The translations under genes and the position numbers were made by a program. The notes under the pieces were generated by a model, which saw nothing but the letters and a program-made list of their open reading frames with translations, did no database searches and was not told the DNA's origin. 64,000 bases of DNA from Ignavibacteriota bacterium (GTDB taxonomy: Bacteria; Bacteroidota; Ignavibacteria; UBA10030): contig OY969585.1 of the NCBI GenBank assembly GCA_963701295.1, positions 2,560,001-2,624,000 on the forward strand, given 5' to 3'. Of the stretch, positions 27,545 through 38,085 are shown piece by piece (positions within the stretch are counted from its first letter, which is position 1; the number at the start of each line of letters is the position of its first letter).

Positions 27545-30272
27545 ATGAAATCTAAAAATATGTTTATTGGGTTACTGTTCATTATTTTCATATTTGCTGC
27601 GCAATCTTTTTCACAAACGAAAGAACAACGCTTAGCAGCTGCTGGAGATGTTATTGATGGGTTGCTTAAAAACGATGTTGGGCCCCAATATCACTGTGTA
27701 TTTGGCGTTGACGTAGACTCAACATTGGGTGATGTACGTTTCTATAGTTATCCGATGGAAGATCCTTATGGCACACTTCAACATTGTATTATATTTACTG
27801 GGGGACGAGATACAAAAGAAGGAAACTTTGTAGGAGTGTACAAGAATGGAGCAATTCTTTGGCGGTCAGATACTACAATTCTGGGCTATCAGCCGAATCT
27901 TTTTACTACAGAGGATTTGAATCGATCAGGTCAAGTGGATCTAGTGTTTGAATCAGGAATTGACCAGTCGTCGCAACTATGGATATTTTGTTGGGATGGC
28001 CATGTAGGGAAACGTATAAGTGCGATTGACAGTAGGGGACAATCTGTGCTTCAAAGTGTTTCGCATTCATTTGAACTGTTCGATGCAGATGGCGATGGAA
28101 TACTAGAAATTAAAGATGGAAATGTTGCAGATGGCTCACAGACTTGGAGTTGGAACGGTAGTGAATTTGGAAGTTGGCCGGATACTCCCCATTTACCATC
28201 TACTACTCTTTGGCCAAGAAATAAGATTGATGTAGTTATTCACTGCAACGTTACCGGATCGACAAATCAATTTATTTTTAATTATTCACTATATAGCAAG
28301 CCAAGTAGCTTACAAGAGGTATATGACGTACGCATCTGGGGACGATGCGACAGTGTCAGAGAAAATTCTGCTCCGGTAAGATGGGAAGTTGATTACAATA
28401 ACGGTCGTGGGAGCAAATTCTTTTCATATTGGAGCAGTGATCCTATGAATCCCATAAGACGGTTAATCATGCCCGGAGAAATGGCGGATGGTTTTAAAAC
28501 AGTGGCATTTGGTTTGCCAGCTATTGAGGAATATGATGCTCAAGGTTTTAATGCTTTTCCTAATTATAGTCTGATGACAGATCAGCAAGTTATGGATATT
28601 CAACAAAGAGACGAGACTGAGAATTCTGTCCATGGCTTCACAATCGCGCCAATCAATCCGCCGTCGCCATTCATTCCGCTTGCTTTCCTCGACACACTCA
28701 ATAATTACACCACACAATCTCGCACACTTGGCTGGATCAAAGATCAAACAACGGCAAATAGGTATCTTGGCTATTTTGCATCAGCCAAAACGAGCTTGGT
28801 GCAAAACAATATTACATCAACACGCGCAACACTCCAGCAAGTACTGGATAGCACAGCGACTCTTACAAGCGAGGCATACGCTCTCATCCGTTTCAACACA
28901 GAGTATTTATTGGCACAGTTGCCGATTCCTCTAACCGGTTGTAACGTTAAGCTTATTAACAGCACCGGCACAAAACTCACGGGTGGAACACTGCAGTACT
29001 ACGATGGAAGCTGGAAAGATGCCGTAAATAACAATGATGGAACATTCTCTGTTACGACCAACCTGAAAACAATCAGTTTACGAATGACGTACCAGGTACG
29101 GCACACAAACAAAATCGAATGTCACGGTCGGGTATGATACAGTGATATTCCAAACAGTCAATGCACAAATACAGCTGCAGAACAGCACCGGCACTTTAAT
29201 AGACACAGGATCTGTTCAATATTATGCCGGAGCTTGGAGAAACTTAGGAACAACCATAAACGGCACAGCAACCAAAGAACTCTTGCCGAACAATTACTCG
29301 TTTAGAATGACATACGCCTATGCCAGTAAGGATCAACAACAGGACATAAGCACAAATTCAACCGTTGTTTTCCGAACGGTGAATGCAGCCGTGCAGTTAC
29401 AGAACAGTCAAGGCACATTAATGGATCAAGGGACTGTGCAGTATTACTCGGGCGCGTGGAGAGATCTGGGAACTACAACGAACGGTATAACAAATAAAGA
29501 ACTTTTGCCGAATAGTTACTCATTCAGAATGACATACGCCTATGCCAGTAAGGATCAGCAACAGGACATAAGCACAAATCCAACCGTCGTTTTCCAAACG
29601 GTGAATGCCGCAGTGCAATTACAGAATAGTCAAGGCAGCTTAATGGATCAGGGAACAGTGCAGTATTATTCTGGTGCGTGGAGAGATTTTGGAACTACAA
29701 CAAACGGTATAGCAAATAAAGAACTCCTGCCGAGCAATTACTCATTCAGAATGACCTATGCTTATGCAAGCAAAGATCAGCAACAGGACATAAGCACAAA
29801 TTCAACCGTCGTTTTCCGAACGGTGAATGCCGCCGTTCAGTTACAGAACAGTCAAGGTAGTTTGATGGATCAAGGAACTGTGCAGTACTATTCTGGAGCC
29901 TGGAGAGATTTAGGAACTACAATAAATGGTGTCGCAAAGAAAGAACTATTGCCGAACAATTACTCATTCAGAATGACCTATGCGTATATTTCGCTCGATA
30001 AAGCGCAGGATATATCTATAAACAATACCGTCAGCTTCTCGACAGTCTTATGCACTATACGAGTGAAAAACTCACAGAACCAGCTGGTGAATAATGCATT
30101 GGCGAGTTATTATTCAGGGGCATGGAGACAGATAGGCAATACAGTAAACGGAGTAATTACCAAGGAATTATTGCCTGTGAATCTTTCATTCCGTGTAAAT
30201 TACGGAACACAGCAACAAGACAAGCAGCAGAATTTATCCACAAATACTGTGGTGGATTTTGCAATACAATAG
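27545..30272 (+). pseudogene. Secreted repeat protein split by a single +1 frameshift near 29093-29096 (ORFs 27545-29137 and 29142-30272)
   Basis: CGA ATG ACG TAC CAG G TAC GGC ACA CAA...: skipping one base continues RMTYQ-YGTQTKSNVTVGYDTVIFQTVN in the frame of the downstream ORF and completes a repeat unit. The N-terminal part has a signal peptide and DxDxDG-type motifs. Confidence 0.75.
29148..30260 (+). repeat. Five tandem 222-nt (74-aa) coding repeats
   Basis: Unit F[QR]TVNAAVQLQNSQG.LMDQGTVQYYSGAWRDLGTT.NG...KELLP.NYSFRMTYAYASKDQQQDISTN.TVV; a sixth divergent unit spans about 28940-29147 across the frameshift. Confidence 0.92.
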
Positions 30273-30287
30273 ATGAATCGATAAGAA

Positions 30288-30310
30288 GGGGCGAAGTGTC
30301 TTCGCCCGAA
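30288..30310. repeat. REP-like palindrome, copy 2 (GGGGCGAAGTGTCTTCGCCCGAA)
   Basis: Differs from the 5835-5857 copy only in the loop. Confidence 0.6.
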
Positions 30311-30349
30311 AAGTTTGTAAGACGAAAGAGGAAAAAGAGGAGAAAAGAT

Positions 30350-31006
30350 ATGCGGTATATAATGATTTTAGTTCTCTGCACAAATCTTGCATTAGCACAA
30401 CAAACTCAGAAAGCCTATGAGATTCCCTTTGCCTCGAAGGGAAATACGATTGAACTCGCGGTCGCCAATACTTCGACACTATTAGCGGAAGGAGTGAAAG
30501 TAGAAGCAACAAGTATTCCGGATGGGATAACATTCACTCAGAAAACAGTTACTCTTCCAACTCTCAAAACAAAAGTGGAGGTGACAGCATCGTTTACCTT
30601 CTCTGTAGAAAAGACAGCAAAAGTCAATAAGCAAGATACACTCCGCTTTACTATCACGGATAAAACCGGACAGACGTGGACGAAAGAGATTAAGATTAGC
30701 ATCACACCGCCAACAACATACGAGCTTCTTCAGAACTATCCCAATCCGTATAACCCGTCAACAACAATCGAATATCAGTTGCCAGGAACAGGAACACGAA
30801 CACGATATAATGTATCATTAAAGGTATATGATGTCATTGGGCGAGAAATTGCCAATCTTGTCAACGAGCAGCAGGAACCGGGATATTATCAGAAAACATT
30901 CGATGCAAGACGGTATGCCAGCGGTATGTATATCTATCGTCTTGTTGCGACAGACGAGCAGAATAAGCAGCACGTGTTTCAGAAGAAAATGGTGCTCTTG
31001 CGTTAA
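30350..31006 (+). CDS. Small secreted protein with T9SS type A C-terminal sorting domain
   Basis: Signal peptide MRYIMILVLCTNLALA; one Ig-like domain; L.QNYPNP.NPSTTI.Y.LP...V.LKVYD..GRE...SG.Y.YRL...KKM.LLR CTD. Confidence 0.88.
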   Translation: MRYIMILVLCTNLALAQQTQKAYEIPFASKGNTIELAVANTSTLLAEGVKVEATSIPDGITFTQKTVTLPTLKTKVEVTASFTFSVEKTAKVNKQDTLRFTITDKTGQTWTKEIKISITPPTTYELLQNYPNPYNPSTTIEYQLPGTGTRTRYNVSLKVYDVIGREIANLVNEQQEPGYYQKTFDARRYASGMYIYRLVATDEQNKQHVFQKKMVLLR

Positions 31007-31092
31007 AGCTGCGGTGACACTACCGAATTTTATTCGATTACGCTACGATTTTCACGGGTTTTGTTTTTCCACCTTTTTCTCTATATTCTATC

Positions 31093-31881
31093 GTGAATCT
31101 CAATCAATCTGAAATAAAATATCTCCGGTCGCTTCAGCAGAAGAAATTTCGAGATCTTGAACAAAAATTTTTGCTCGAAGGCTGGCGTCCGTTGCGCGAT
31201 GCTCTCCATTCATCATTTCATATTGAGTATATTGCTGTTCTTGCAGGTGAGAGCGAAAAACACGAACACCGGGCTATTCTTGCTCTTGCAAGAGAACGCC
31301 GTATCCTTGTAAAAGAGCTGAAAGAGATGCAATTAAAACAAGTATCAGATACAGTGCATTCTCAAGGAGTGATAGCGCTTGTTCATGAACAAACAAAGAT
31401 ATTCGACACAAAGAAAATTCGACCTGCACAGCTTATTATCGCCTGTGACCACATCAACGATCCAGGCAATCTGGGTACCATTCTTCGCACGTGCGATTGG
31501 TTTGGTGCAGATGCAGTGCTCTTAAGCGAAGGATGCGTTTCATTGTATAATGATAAAGTCATTCGGTCCACTGCAGGCTCTATTTTCCATTTAAATGTGT
31601 TTGAGAATATAAATTTAGACATTGCTCTTCCAAATCTCAAATCGGAAGGATTCAAAGTGACTGCAACGACTCTCAATGGCAAAACGCTGAAAGCGTACTC
31701 ATTGCCGGAAAAAGTTGTCCTTCTGTTGGGAAATGAGGCACAAGGAGTGAACCTTCAATTGATTCAGCAAGCGGATACGGTCGTCAGTATTCCACGCTAC
31801 GGTCAAGCTGAATCGCTTAATGTCGGAATTGCATGCGGTATTTTTCTTGAACATTGGCGAAATCGAACAGACCAACAATAA
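31093..31881 (+). CDS. TrmH/SpoU family RNA methyltransferase
   Basis: DPGNLGTILRT, LGNEA.G and ESLNV motifs. Confidence 0.92.
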   Translation: MNLNQSEIKYLRSLQQKKFRDLEQKFLLEGWRPLRDALHSSFHIEYIAVLAGESEKHEHRAILALARERRILVKELKEMQLKQVSDTVHSQGVIALVHEQTKIFDTKKIRPAQLIIACDHINDPGNLGTILRTCDWFGADAVLLSEGCVSLYNDKVIRSTAGSIFHLNVFENINLDIALPNLKSEGFKVTATTLNGKTLKAYSLPEKVVLLLGNEAQGVNLQLIQQADTVVSIPRYGQAESLNVGIACGIFLEHWRNRTDQQ

Positions 31882-31954
31882 TCACTCTTCTATTTCCTTC
31901 AATTTGAATTCAAGGGAAATTCGGTTATCTTTTTAAAGAAAAAGGGAATCAGGT

Positions 31955-32425
31955 TTGGCGACAATTCTTAGCAAGATTGTTGAGGTTTGTATATTTCGAT
32001 GGATTGCGGGTGAACCTCAATACCTTCTGCTCCAGCGTGCTGATGGCGAAGAACTTTATCCTGGTCTTTGGCAAATAGTAACCGGGTCAATGAAGGAAAA
32101 TGAAAGCGCAGACAAAGCAGCGCTTCGTGAACTTGAGGAAGAAACCGGATTGCTCCTGAAACGATTCTGGACAGTTCCAATCGTGGATTCGTATTTTGAC
32201 ATACAGAATGACACTGTCCAGATGGTGCCAGTCTTTGCTGCTGAAGTAGATACGGCACGAAATGTGCAATTATCCCATGAGCATCAACGCTTTGAGTGGC
32301 TAACGTATGTCGCGATAAGAAACCGCATTGTATGGCCCGGTCAGAGGCAAGCAATTGAAATTGTGCATGAATTTATCGCCGGCGTAAAAGAAGCTGCTCG
32401 ATTATTGGAAATAACGCGATTCTAA
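31955..32425 (+). CDS. NUDIX hydrolase (NudB-like)
   Basis: LLLQR...WQ.VTG......E....AALRELEEETG Nudix box and LSHEH. Confidence 0.88.
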   Translation: MATILSKIVEVCIFRWIAGEPQYLLLQRADGEELYPGLWQIVTGSMKENESADKAALRELEEETGLLLKRFWTVPIVDSYFDIQNDTVQMVPVFAAEVDTARNVQLSHEHQRFEWLTYVAIRNRIVWPGQRQAIEIVHEFIAGVKEAARLLEITRF

Positions 32426-32442
32426 ATTGAAAGGAAATTATT

Positions 32443-33357
32443 GTGAGCCTCTTGGTCATTGGATCCGTTGCACTCGATACTGTCGAGACGCCGTTTGGAA
32501 GTGTCAAAGATGCACTTGGTGGTTCAGCAGTATACATTTCTGTAGCAGCAGGTTATTTTACAACCCCCATTCGTCTGGTAGCAGTGGTCGGCGGAGATTT
32601 TCCGAAAGAGCATATCGAGTTTATGGAATCGCGTCAAATCGATCTTGATGGATTGCAAAGTGTTGAATCAGGGAAAACCTTCCGATGGGGCGGCAAGTAT
32701 CACTATGATTTGAATGTTCGAGATACACTTTTTACAGATCTCAATGTCTTTAAGAATTTCGATCCGAAGATTCCTCAGGGATTCAAATCTTCCTCCTATG
32801 TTTGTCTTGGGAATATCGATCCTACCCTTCAATTACGAGTGTTGAATCAAATCAATAAACCGAGGCTCGTCGTAGGCGACACGATGAATTATTGGATAGA
32901 AACGAAGCCGAAAGAATTGATGAAAACCATGAAATCCATGGACGCGATCATTGTGAATGATTCCGAAGCACGTTTGCTCACACACGAACCCAACCTCATC
33001 AAAGCAGCAAAGAAGATTATCAAGATGGGCCCGCGTATCATTATCATTAAGAAAGGCGAACATGGTGCAATGTTAGTGACTGAAGATACTATATTTTCAG
33101 CCCCCGCATTTCCGTTGGAAACTATCTTCGATCCCACAGGAGCTGGAGATTCCTTCGCCGGCGGTTTCATCGGTTGGATTGCCCGTACGGATGATTTCAC
33201 GACGGAAAACTTGAAACGCGCTGTTGTCTATGGCAGTACGTTGGCGTCGTTCTGTGTAGAGAAGTTCAGCATAGACAGTTTGCGAGATTTGAGTTATCTC
33301 AAAATTCGCGATAGGTTCCATTCGTTCATGGATTTATCAAGATTTGATGAGAAGTAA
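32443..33357 (+). CDS. PfkB family carbohydrate/nucleoside kinase
   Basis: GS.A.D...LGGS, N.SEA, KKGEHG and DPTGAGDSFAGG motifs. Confidence 0.92.
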   Translation: MSLLVIGSVALDTVETPFGSVKDALGGSAVYISVAAGYFTTPIRLVAVVGGDFPKEHIEFMESRQIDLDGLQSVESGKTFRWGGKYHYDLNVRDTLFTDLNVFKNFDPKIPQGFKSSSYVCLGNIDPTLQLRVLNQINKPRLVVGDTMNYWIETKPKELMKTMKSMDAIIVNDSEARLLTHEPNLIKAAKKIIKMGPRIIIIKKGEHGAMLVTEDTIFSAPAFPLETIFDPTGAGDSFAGGFIGWIARTDDFTTENLKRAVVYGSTLASFCVEKFSIDSLRDLSYLKIRDRFHSFMDLSRFDEK

Positions 33358-33359
33358 TT

Positions 33360-34412
33360 GTGATGAAGCCGTTAGAATGGATCAACGGCAAGCTGAAGTT
33401 TCTCGATCAGACAAAACTCCCCCTCGAAGAATTCTTCTGCGAGACCGATGATGTTGTTTTTGTAGCAGAGGCGATCAAGCGGCTCGCAATTCGCGGCGCT
33501 CCGCTTATCGGCATTTCGGCGGCATATGGTGTTGCACTTGCAGGTCTTTCGCTGAACCACTCAATGATGAAAGAAGCACGCTCGCATCTCTTATCGGTTA
33601 TAGATCTTCTTGCCTCAACGCGTCCAACCGCTATTAATCTTTTTTGGGCTTTAGAGCGACAGCGTCGCGTGCTGGATGCATGGCAATCAGATTCCATCAC
33701 CGACCTGCAAAATAATTTGCTTAACGAAGCAAAATGGATTCATCAAGAGGATGCGGAGATGTGCGAGCGGATCAGTTCTTTTGGCATAGAACTTCTTCCC
33801 AACGATTGTTCCCTCCTTACGCACTGCAATGCCGGTGCCCTGGCCACTGGCGGGCGCGGAACAGCTATCGGTATAATTACCAAAGCGTGGGAACTGGGAA
33901 GACTGAAACACGTCTATATAGATGAAACGCGGCCGCTCTTGCAGGGCGCAAGATTGACAGCGTGGGAAATGAAGCAAGCAAAGATTCCTGCGACGTTGAT
34001 AGTCGATAACGCCGCAGCGGTTTTAATGCAACAAAGCAAAATTGACGCAGTCATTGTTGGTGCGGATCGAATATCAATGAATGGGGATGTGGCAAATAAA
34101 GTAGGAACATACTCTCTTGCAGTGTTGGCTAAGCACCATGGAATTCCATTCTATGTTGCAGCGCCTGTTTCGACCATAGATATTCAGATGAGCACGGGGA
34201 AAGATATTCCTATTGAGGAACGAGATGATAAGGAAGTGACAGAATCATTTGGCAAACGAACTGCACCGGAGTCGATACATGTATTTTCACCGGCATTTGA
34301 TGTAACGCCAAATGAATTCGTGACGGCGATTGTAACAGACCAAGGAGTGCGTCGGCCTCCATTTTCAGATTCTCTCAAAATATTGAACTTGCGGAGGGAG
34401 CGTGCTGGTTAA
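33360..34412 (+). CDS. mtnA: S-methyl-5-thioribose-1-phosphate isomerase
   Basis: LDQTKLP, IRGAPLIG, RPTAINL, THCNAGALAT, ETRPLLQGARLT, GADRI..NGD.ANK.GT and PAFDVTP motifs. Confidence 0.93.
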   Translation: MMKPLEWINGKLKFLDQTKLPLEEFFCETDDVVFVAEAIKRLAIRGAPLIGISAAYGVALAGLSLNHSMMKEARSHLLSVIDLLASTRPTAINLFWALERQRRVLDAWQSDSITDLQNNLLNEAKWIHQEDAEMCERISSFGIELLPNDCSLLTHCNAGALATGGRGTAIGIITKAWELGRLKHVYIDETRPLLQGARLTAWEMKQAKIPATLIVDNAAAVLMQQSKIDAVIVGADRISMNGDVANKVGTYSLAVLAKHHGIPFYVAAPVSTIDIQMSTGKDIPIEERDDKEVTESFGKRTAPESIHVFSPAFDVTPNEFVTAIVTDQGVRRPPFSDSLKILNLRRERAG

Positions 34413-35211
34413 GACCGAGGTGATAGTTCTGAGATCGATGAGGTACCGCGACACGAGTAAAATCGTCACGTTTTACTCAAAGGAATATGGCAAGTTGAAA
34501 GGTATTGCGAAAGGTGCGAGATCTGCTAAAAATAAATTTGGCTCTGCATTAGAACCGCTCTCTCATTCTATGCTTCTCATCTATAAAAAAGAACATCGTG
34601 ATCTCCATTTGATTTCACAATGCGATTCTATTAACTCTTTCCGAAATCTCACGGAAGATTTAGATCGGATGTCTACCGGACTGTCGGTTTTAGAACTTAT
34701 CGATCAAGTAACACATCATGAAGAACGCACTCCGGCGATGTTTGCCCTGCTCGTTGAAACATTAAGTGCATTGAATTCCAGCACGAAAAATTATCAGACG
34801 TATTTGCAGGCATTCCAGCTGCGGCTTGCAGCATTGTTCGGTTATGGGCCAAATTTTGATGCTTGCGGCCAGTGTGGAAAGCCCGTTCTTATCGACAATG
34901 GAGAAAAGCAAGTTGCATTTCAGATTGTTCGCGGAGCAGTGTTTTGCACTCAGTGCTGCGCACCGAATGATTCTTCGGTACATGACAGTGGTCAGAGTAT
35001 TGCGTTCACGACACTATCAGTACAGGGATTGCAAATTGTTCGCCGTCTCCTGAATGCACAGCTCTCAAGTCTCAGTAATCTTGAGTTCGATATGCGTGTA
35101 GGGAACGAAATGAACGAGCTATTACGTTTGTACTTACGGTATCACTTTGATGGATTAAAGCCATTGAAATCAGCAGAATTTTTTCAACAACAACATATAA
35201 CAACAATGTAA
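34402..35211 (+). CDS. recO: DNA repair protein RecO
   Basis: VLR...Y.DTSKIV...S.EYGK...IAKGAR OB-fold and a CxxC...CxxC zinc finger. Confidence 0.92.
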   Translation: MLVKTEVIVLRSMRYRDTSKIVTFYSKEYGKLKGIAKGARSAKNKFGSALEPLSHSMLLIYKKEHRDLHLISQCDSINSFRNLTEDLDRMSTGLSVLELIDQVTHHEERTPAMFALLVETLSALNSSTKNYQTYLQAFQLRLAALFGYGPNFDACGQCGKPVLIDNGEKQVAFQIVRGAVFCTQCCAPNDSSVHDSGQSIAFTTLSVQGLQIVRRLLNAQLSSLSNLEFDMRVGNEMNELLRLYLRYHFDGLKPLKSAEFFQQQHITTM

Positions 35212-35224
35212 AGGAAGTAGCAGT

Positions 35225-36757
35225 ATGTCGACAAAATCGATTCTTGCAGCAGTTTTTCTTATCAGTCTCGGCATTATTTTCGGTGTTGTGCTGGTGTCCA
35301 GTTTCAAGGGTGTTGATTTCTCATTTGCCGGAGATGACGTCAAGCTTGGTGCATCACAGGCTCCCTTAAAACCAAACTCTACACTTCAAGCTTTGAATGA
35401 AGCATTCCATACCGTCAGCAAAACAGTGACGCCTTCAGTTGTCTTTGTGGAAGTGGAAATGGATCAGGAATCAGATTCTCAAGATGATGGAAGTCAGTTC
35501 TTTCATCGGTTCTTCGGTCCTGATTTTAAATTTGATATGCCGAAGCGCAGTCCGGAAAGAGGCTCAGGTTCGGGAGTTATTATCACCGCGAACGGATATA
35601 TTCTTACGAACAACCATGTTGTGACGAATGCGAAGAAACATGGCATAAAAGTTCAGCTTTCTGATACACGCGAGTACAAGGCAAAACTAATCGGTACTGA
35701 TAAATATACCGACCTTGCCGTGATCAAGATTGACGCAGATAACCTACCGGTTGCTACCCTTGGAAATTCCGATGAAGTTGAAGTTGGACATATCGTCTTT
35801 GCGATCGGTGCACCATTGGGATTGAAATCGACGATGACACAAGGAATTGTTAGTGCGCTAGGGAGAGATATTGGGATCATTGGAGATGAATATCGAATTG
35901 AAAATTTTATTCAGACCGATGCCGCCGTTAATCCCGGTAATAGCGGTGGACCCCTTGTGAATATTCAAGGAGAAGTAATCGGTATAAATTCTGCAATCGC
36001 TACAACAAATGCGCGGTACCAGGGATACAGCTTTGCGATTCCATTGAATCTTGCGAAACAAGTAGCGACAGATATTATTAAATATGGCAAATTCAGGAGA
36101 GGATTTCTCGGAATTGGAATCAAGCCGGTTGATGCTGTAACAGCAAAAGCCGCAGGTCTCGATAAAGCAAAAGGAGTGTGGGTGGAAAATGTAACAAAAG
36201 ATGCGGCAGGAGAAAAGGCAGGAGTCGAATATGGGGATATCATCCTAACAGTTGACGGAAAAGAAGTGAACACACCGCAGGAACTGCAAACTGCGATTGC
36301 CAGTAAACATCCTGGGTCAGTCGTCACTCTCCAGATTTGGAGAGATAAAAAGATCATCGAGAAAAAAGCCGAGCTTGGTTCTCATGATGAAGAAGGCGAA
36401 ACAGTTGCTGAAAAAGTGAAAAATGAAAAAGAAGGATCTGACTCTGATTCGAATGCTGAGAAAGTCATTACTGTAAAAGAACTCGGAGTGACTGTGAAAT
36501 CGATCGATTCCAAAACAAAGAAACGGTACAAAGTGGAAAAAGGTGTATTGGTTTCGGATATCGAAGATATGAGTCCTGCACAGGATCGCGGACTCAAGAA
36601 AGGCGATGTGGTGACAGAAGTTGGAGATCAAAAAGTCTCAACACCGGATCAATTTGAAAGTTCAGTAAAGAAGCTTAAACCGGGCGATGCTGTGATGCTT
36701 CGGGTAAAGGGCGAAGACAAAAAGATGCGGTTTGTCCCTATAGAAATGCCTAAATAA
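35225..36757 (+). CDS. degP: Do/DegP family serine endopeptidase with two PDZ domains
   Basis: GSGSG, TNNHV, DLAV and QTDAAVNPGNSGGPL motifs, followed by two PDZ domains. Confidence 0.92.
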   Translation: MSTKSILAAVFLISLGIIFGVVLVSSFKGVDFSFAGDDVKLGASQAPLKPNSTLQALNEAFHTVSKTVTPSVVFVEVEMDQESDSQDDGSQFFHRFFGPDFKFDMPKRSPERGSGSGVIITANGYILTNNHVVTNAKKHGIKVQLSDTREYKAKLIGTDKYTDLAVIKIDADNLPVATLGNSDEVEVGHIVFAIGAPLGLKSTMTQGIVSALGRDIGIIGDEYRIENFIQTDAAVNPGNSGGPLVNIQGEVIGINSAIATTNARYQGYSFAIPLNLAKQVATDIIKYGKFRRGFLGIGIKPVDAVTAKAAGLDKAKGVWVENVTKDAAGEKAGVEYGDIILTVDGKEVNTPQELQTAIASKHPGSVVTLQIWRDKKIIEKKAELGSHDEEGETVAEKVKNEKEGSDSDSNAEKVITVKELGVTVKSIDSKTKKRYKVEKGVLVSDIEDMSPAQDRGLKKGDVVTEVGDQKVSTPDQFESSVKKLKPGDAVMLRVKGEDKKMRFVPIEMPK

Positions 36758-36787
36758 ATCATAAATCTGAAACTCGAAATCTACGAG

Positions 36788-36820
36788 GCGCGGCTGAGAA
36801 TATCGGTCGCGCTTTTTATT
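36788..36820 (+). terminator. Intrinsic terminator after degP
   Basis: GCGCGGCTGA/TCGGTCGCGC stem (with G-U pairs) followed by TTTTTATT. Confidence 0.75.
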
Positions 36821-36924
36821 TGTCCGCCAATTGAATCTCCTACGAAATTTTGTTTAATTAAATATAGATAAGAGTTGGTGGTATTCGCCTTGATGAACAA
36901 ATTGTATTATAAGGAATCAAATCC

Positions 36925-38085
36925 ATGATCCGCTATCTTACAGCTGGTGAATCGCACGGAAAAGCACTTGTCGGTATTGTAGAAGGGGTACCCGCAGGTG
37001 TCGAAATTTCATCCGCATATATCAATCATCAATTATGGCGACGCCAGCAGGGCTATGGACGTGGCGGCAGAATGAAAATTGAATCGGATACAGTTGAAAT
37101 TCTGTCCGGTGTCCGATTCGGAAAAACTATCGGTTCTCCGATTGCATTAGTAATACAGAATAGAGATTGGAGGAATTGGACTGAAAAGATGGCTGTCGAA
37201 GGAAACGTTGCCGGAATAGAAAAAATTACGGTTCCTCGTCCCGGTCATGCAGATTATGCAGGAGCAAAGAAATATGGATTTGACGATATACGGAATGTTA
37301 TTGATAGATCCAGCGCACGGGAGACCGCCATGCGTGTTGCGTGCTGTACCATCGCACGAAAACTGCTAGAAGAATGCAGAATTTTCATCGGAAGCCATGT
37401 CCTTAGTCTTGGTCCCGTTTTGATAAAAGACAGAAAGAAAATTGACAAGTTAATCCTCCGATATACTGAAAATGCATACCTGGTATCAAAAGAAGCAGAT
37501 GGCTCTGAGGTCCGAATTCTCGACAAATCCGCCGAAGCGAAAGCAATTGCCGCTATTAAGAAAGCAAAGAAAGCCGGTGACACTCTTGGCGGTGTTTTTG
37601 AAGTTATCGTAAGCGGTGTTCCGGTTGGGCTCGGCAGTTATGTGCAATATGATCGAAAGCTCGATGGGATACTTGCTCAAGCTCTCATGTCGATTCAAGC
37701 AATCAAGGGGGTAGAAATTGGAGAAGGTTTTGCGAACGCTGCAAAATTCGGTTCGGATATACATGATGAATTTATGCTGAAGAATAGAAATATTATGCGT
37801 AAAACCAATCGTGCCGGCGGCATGGAGGGAAGCATGACAAACGGCGAATTGATTGTTCTCCATGCTGCAATGAAACCCATAGCAACGCTCGTTAAACCGC
37901 TACAAACTGTTGATTTGAAGACAAAGAAAGTGGTCCAATCACGCTACGAGCGTTCGGATGTTTGTGCTGTTCCGGCTGCTTCAGTTATCGGCGAGGCGGT
38001 GATTGCCCCGGTGCTAGCAAATGCATTATTGGAGAAGTTTGGTGGGGACTCGCTGAAAGAGTTATTAAGCAGGTGCAAGGTCTGA
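36925..38085 (+). CDS. aroC: Chorismate synthase
   Basis: [35 protein letters not shown] and ERSD motifs. Confidence 0.97.
   Translation: MIRYLTAGESHGKALVGIVEGVPAGVEISSAYINHQLWRRQQGYGRGGRMKIESDTVEILSGVRFGKTIGSPIALVIQNRDWRNWTEKMAVEGNVAGIEKITVPRPGHADYAGAKKYGFDDIRNVIDRSSARETAMRVACCTIARKLLEECRIFIGSHVLSLGPVLIKDRKKIDKLILRYTENAYLVSKEADGSEVRILDKSAEAKAIAAIKKAKKAGDTLGGVFEVIVSGVPVGLGSYVQYDRKLDGILAQALMSIQAIKGVEIGEGFANAAKFGSDIHDEFMLKNRNIMRKTNRAGGMEGSMTNGELIVLHAAMKPIATLVKPLQTVDLKTKKVVQSRYERSDVCAVPAASVIGEAVIAPVLANALLEKFGGDSLKELLSRCKV

Noticed and set aside
29148-30260. Tandem repeats as a CRISPR array
   Set aside because: Units are 222 nt, in frame and protein-coding with synonymous variation; there are no unique spacers and no cas genes.
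30122-30349. N-terminal extension of the T9SS-CTD ORF
   Set aside because: Overlaps the upstream gene and the REP-like hairpin; the signal peptide and RBS point to the ATG at 30350.
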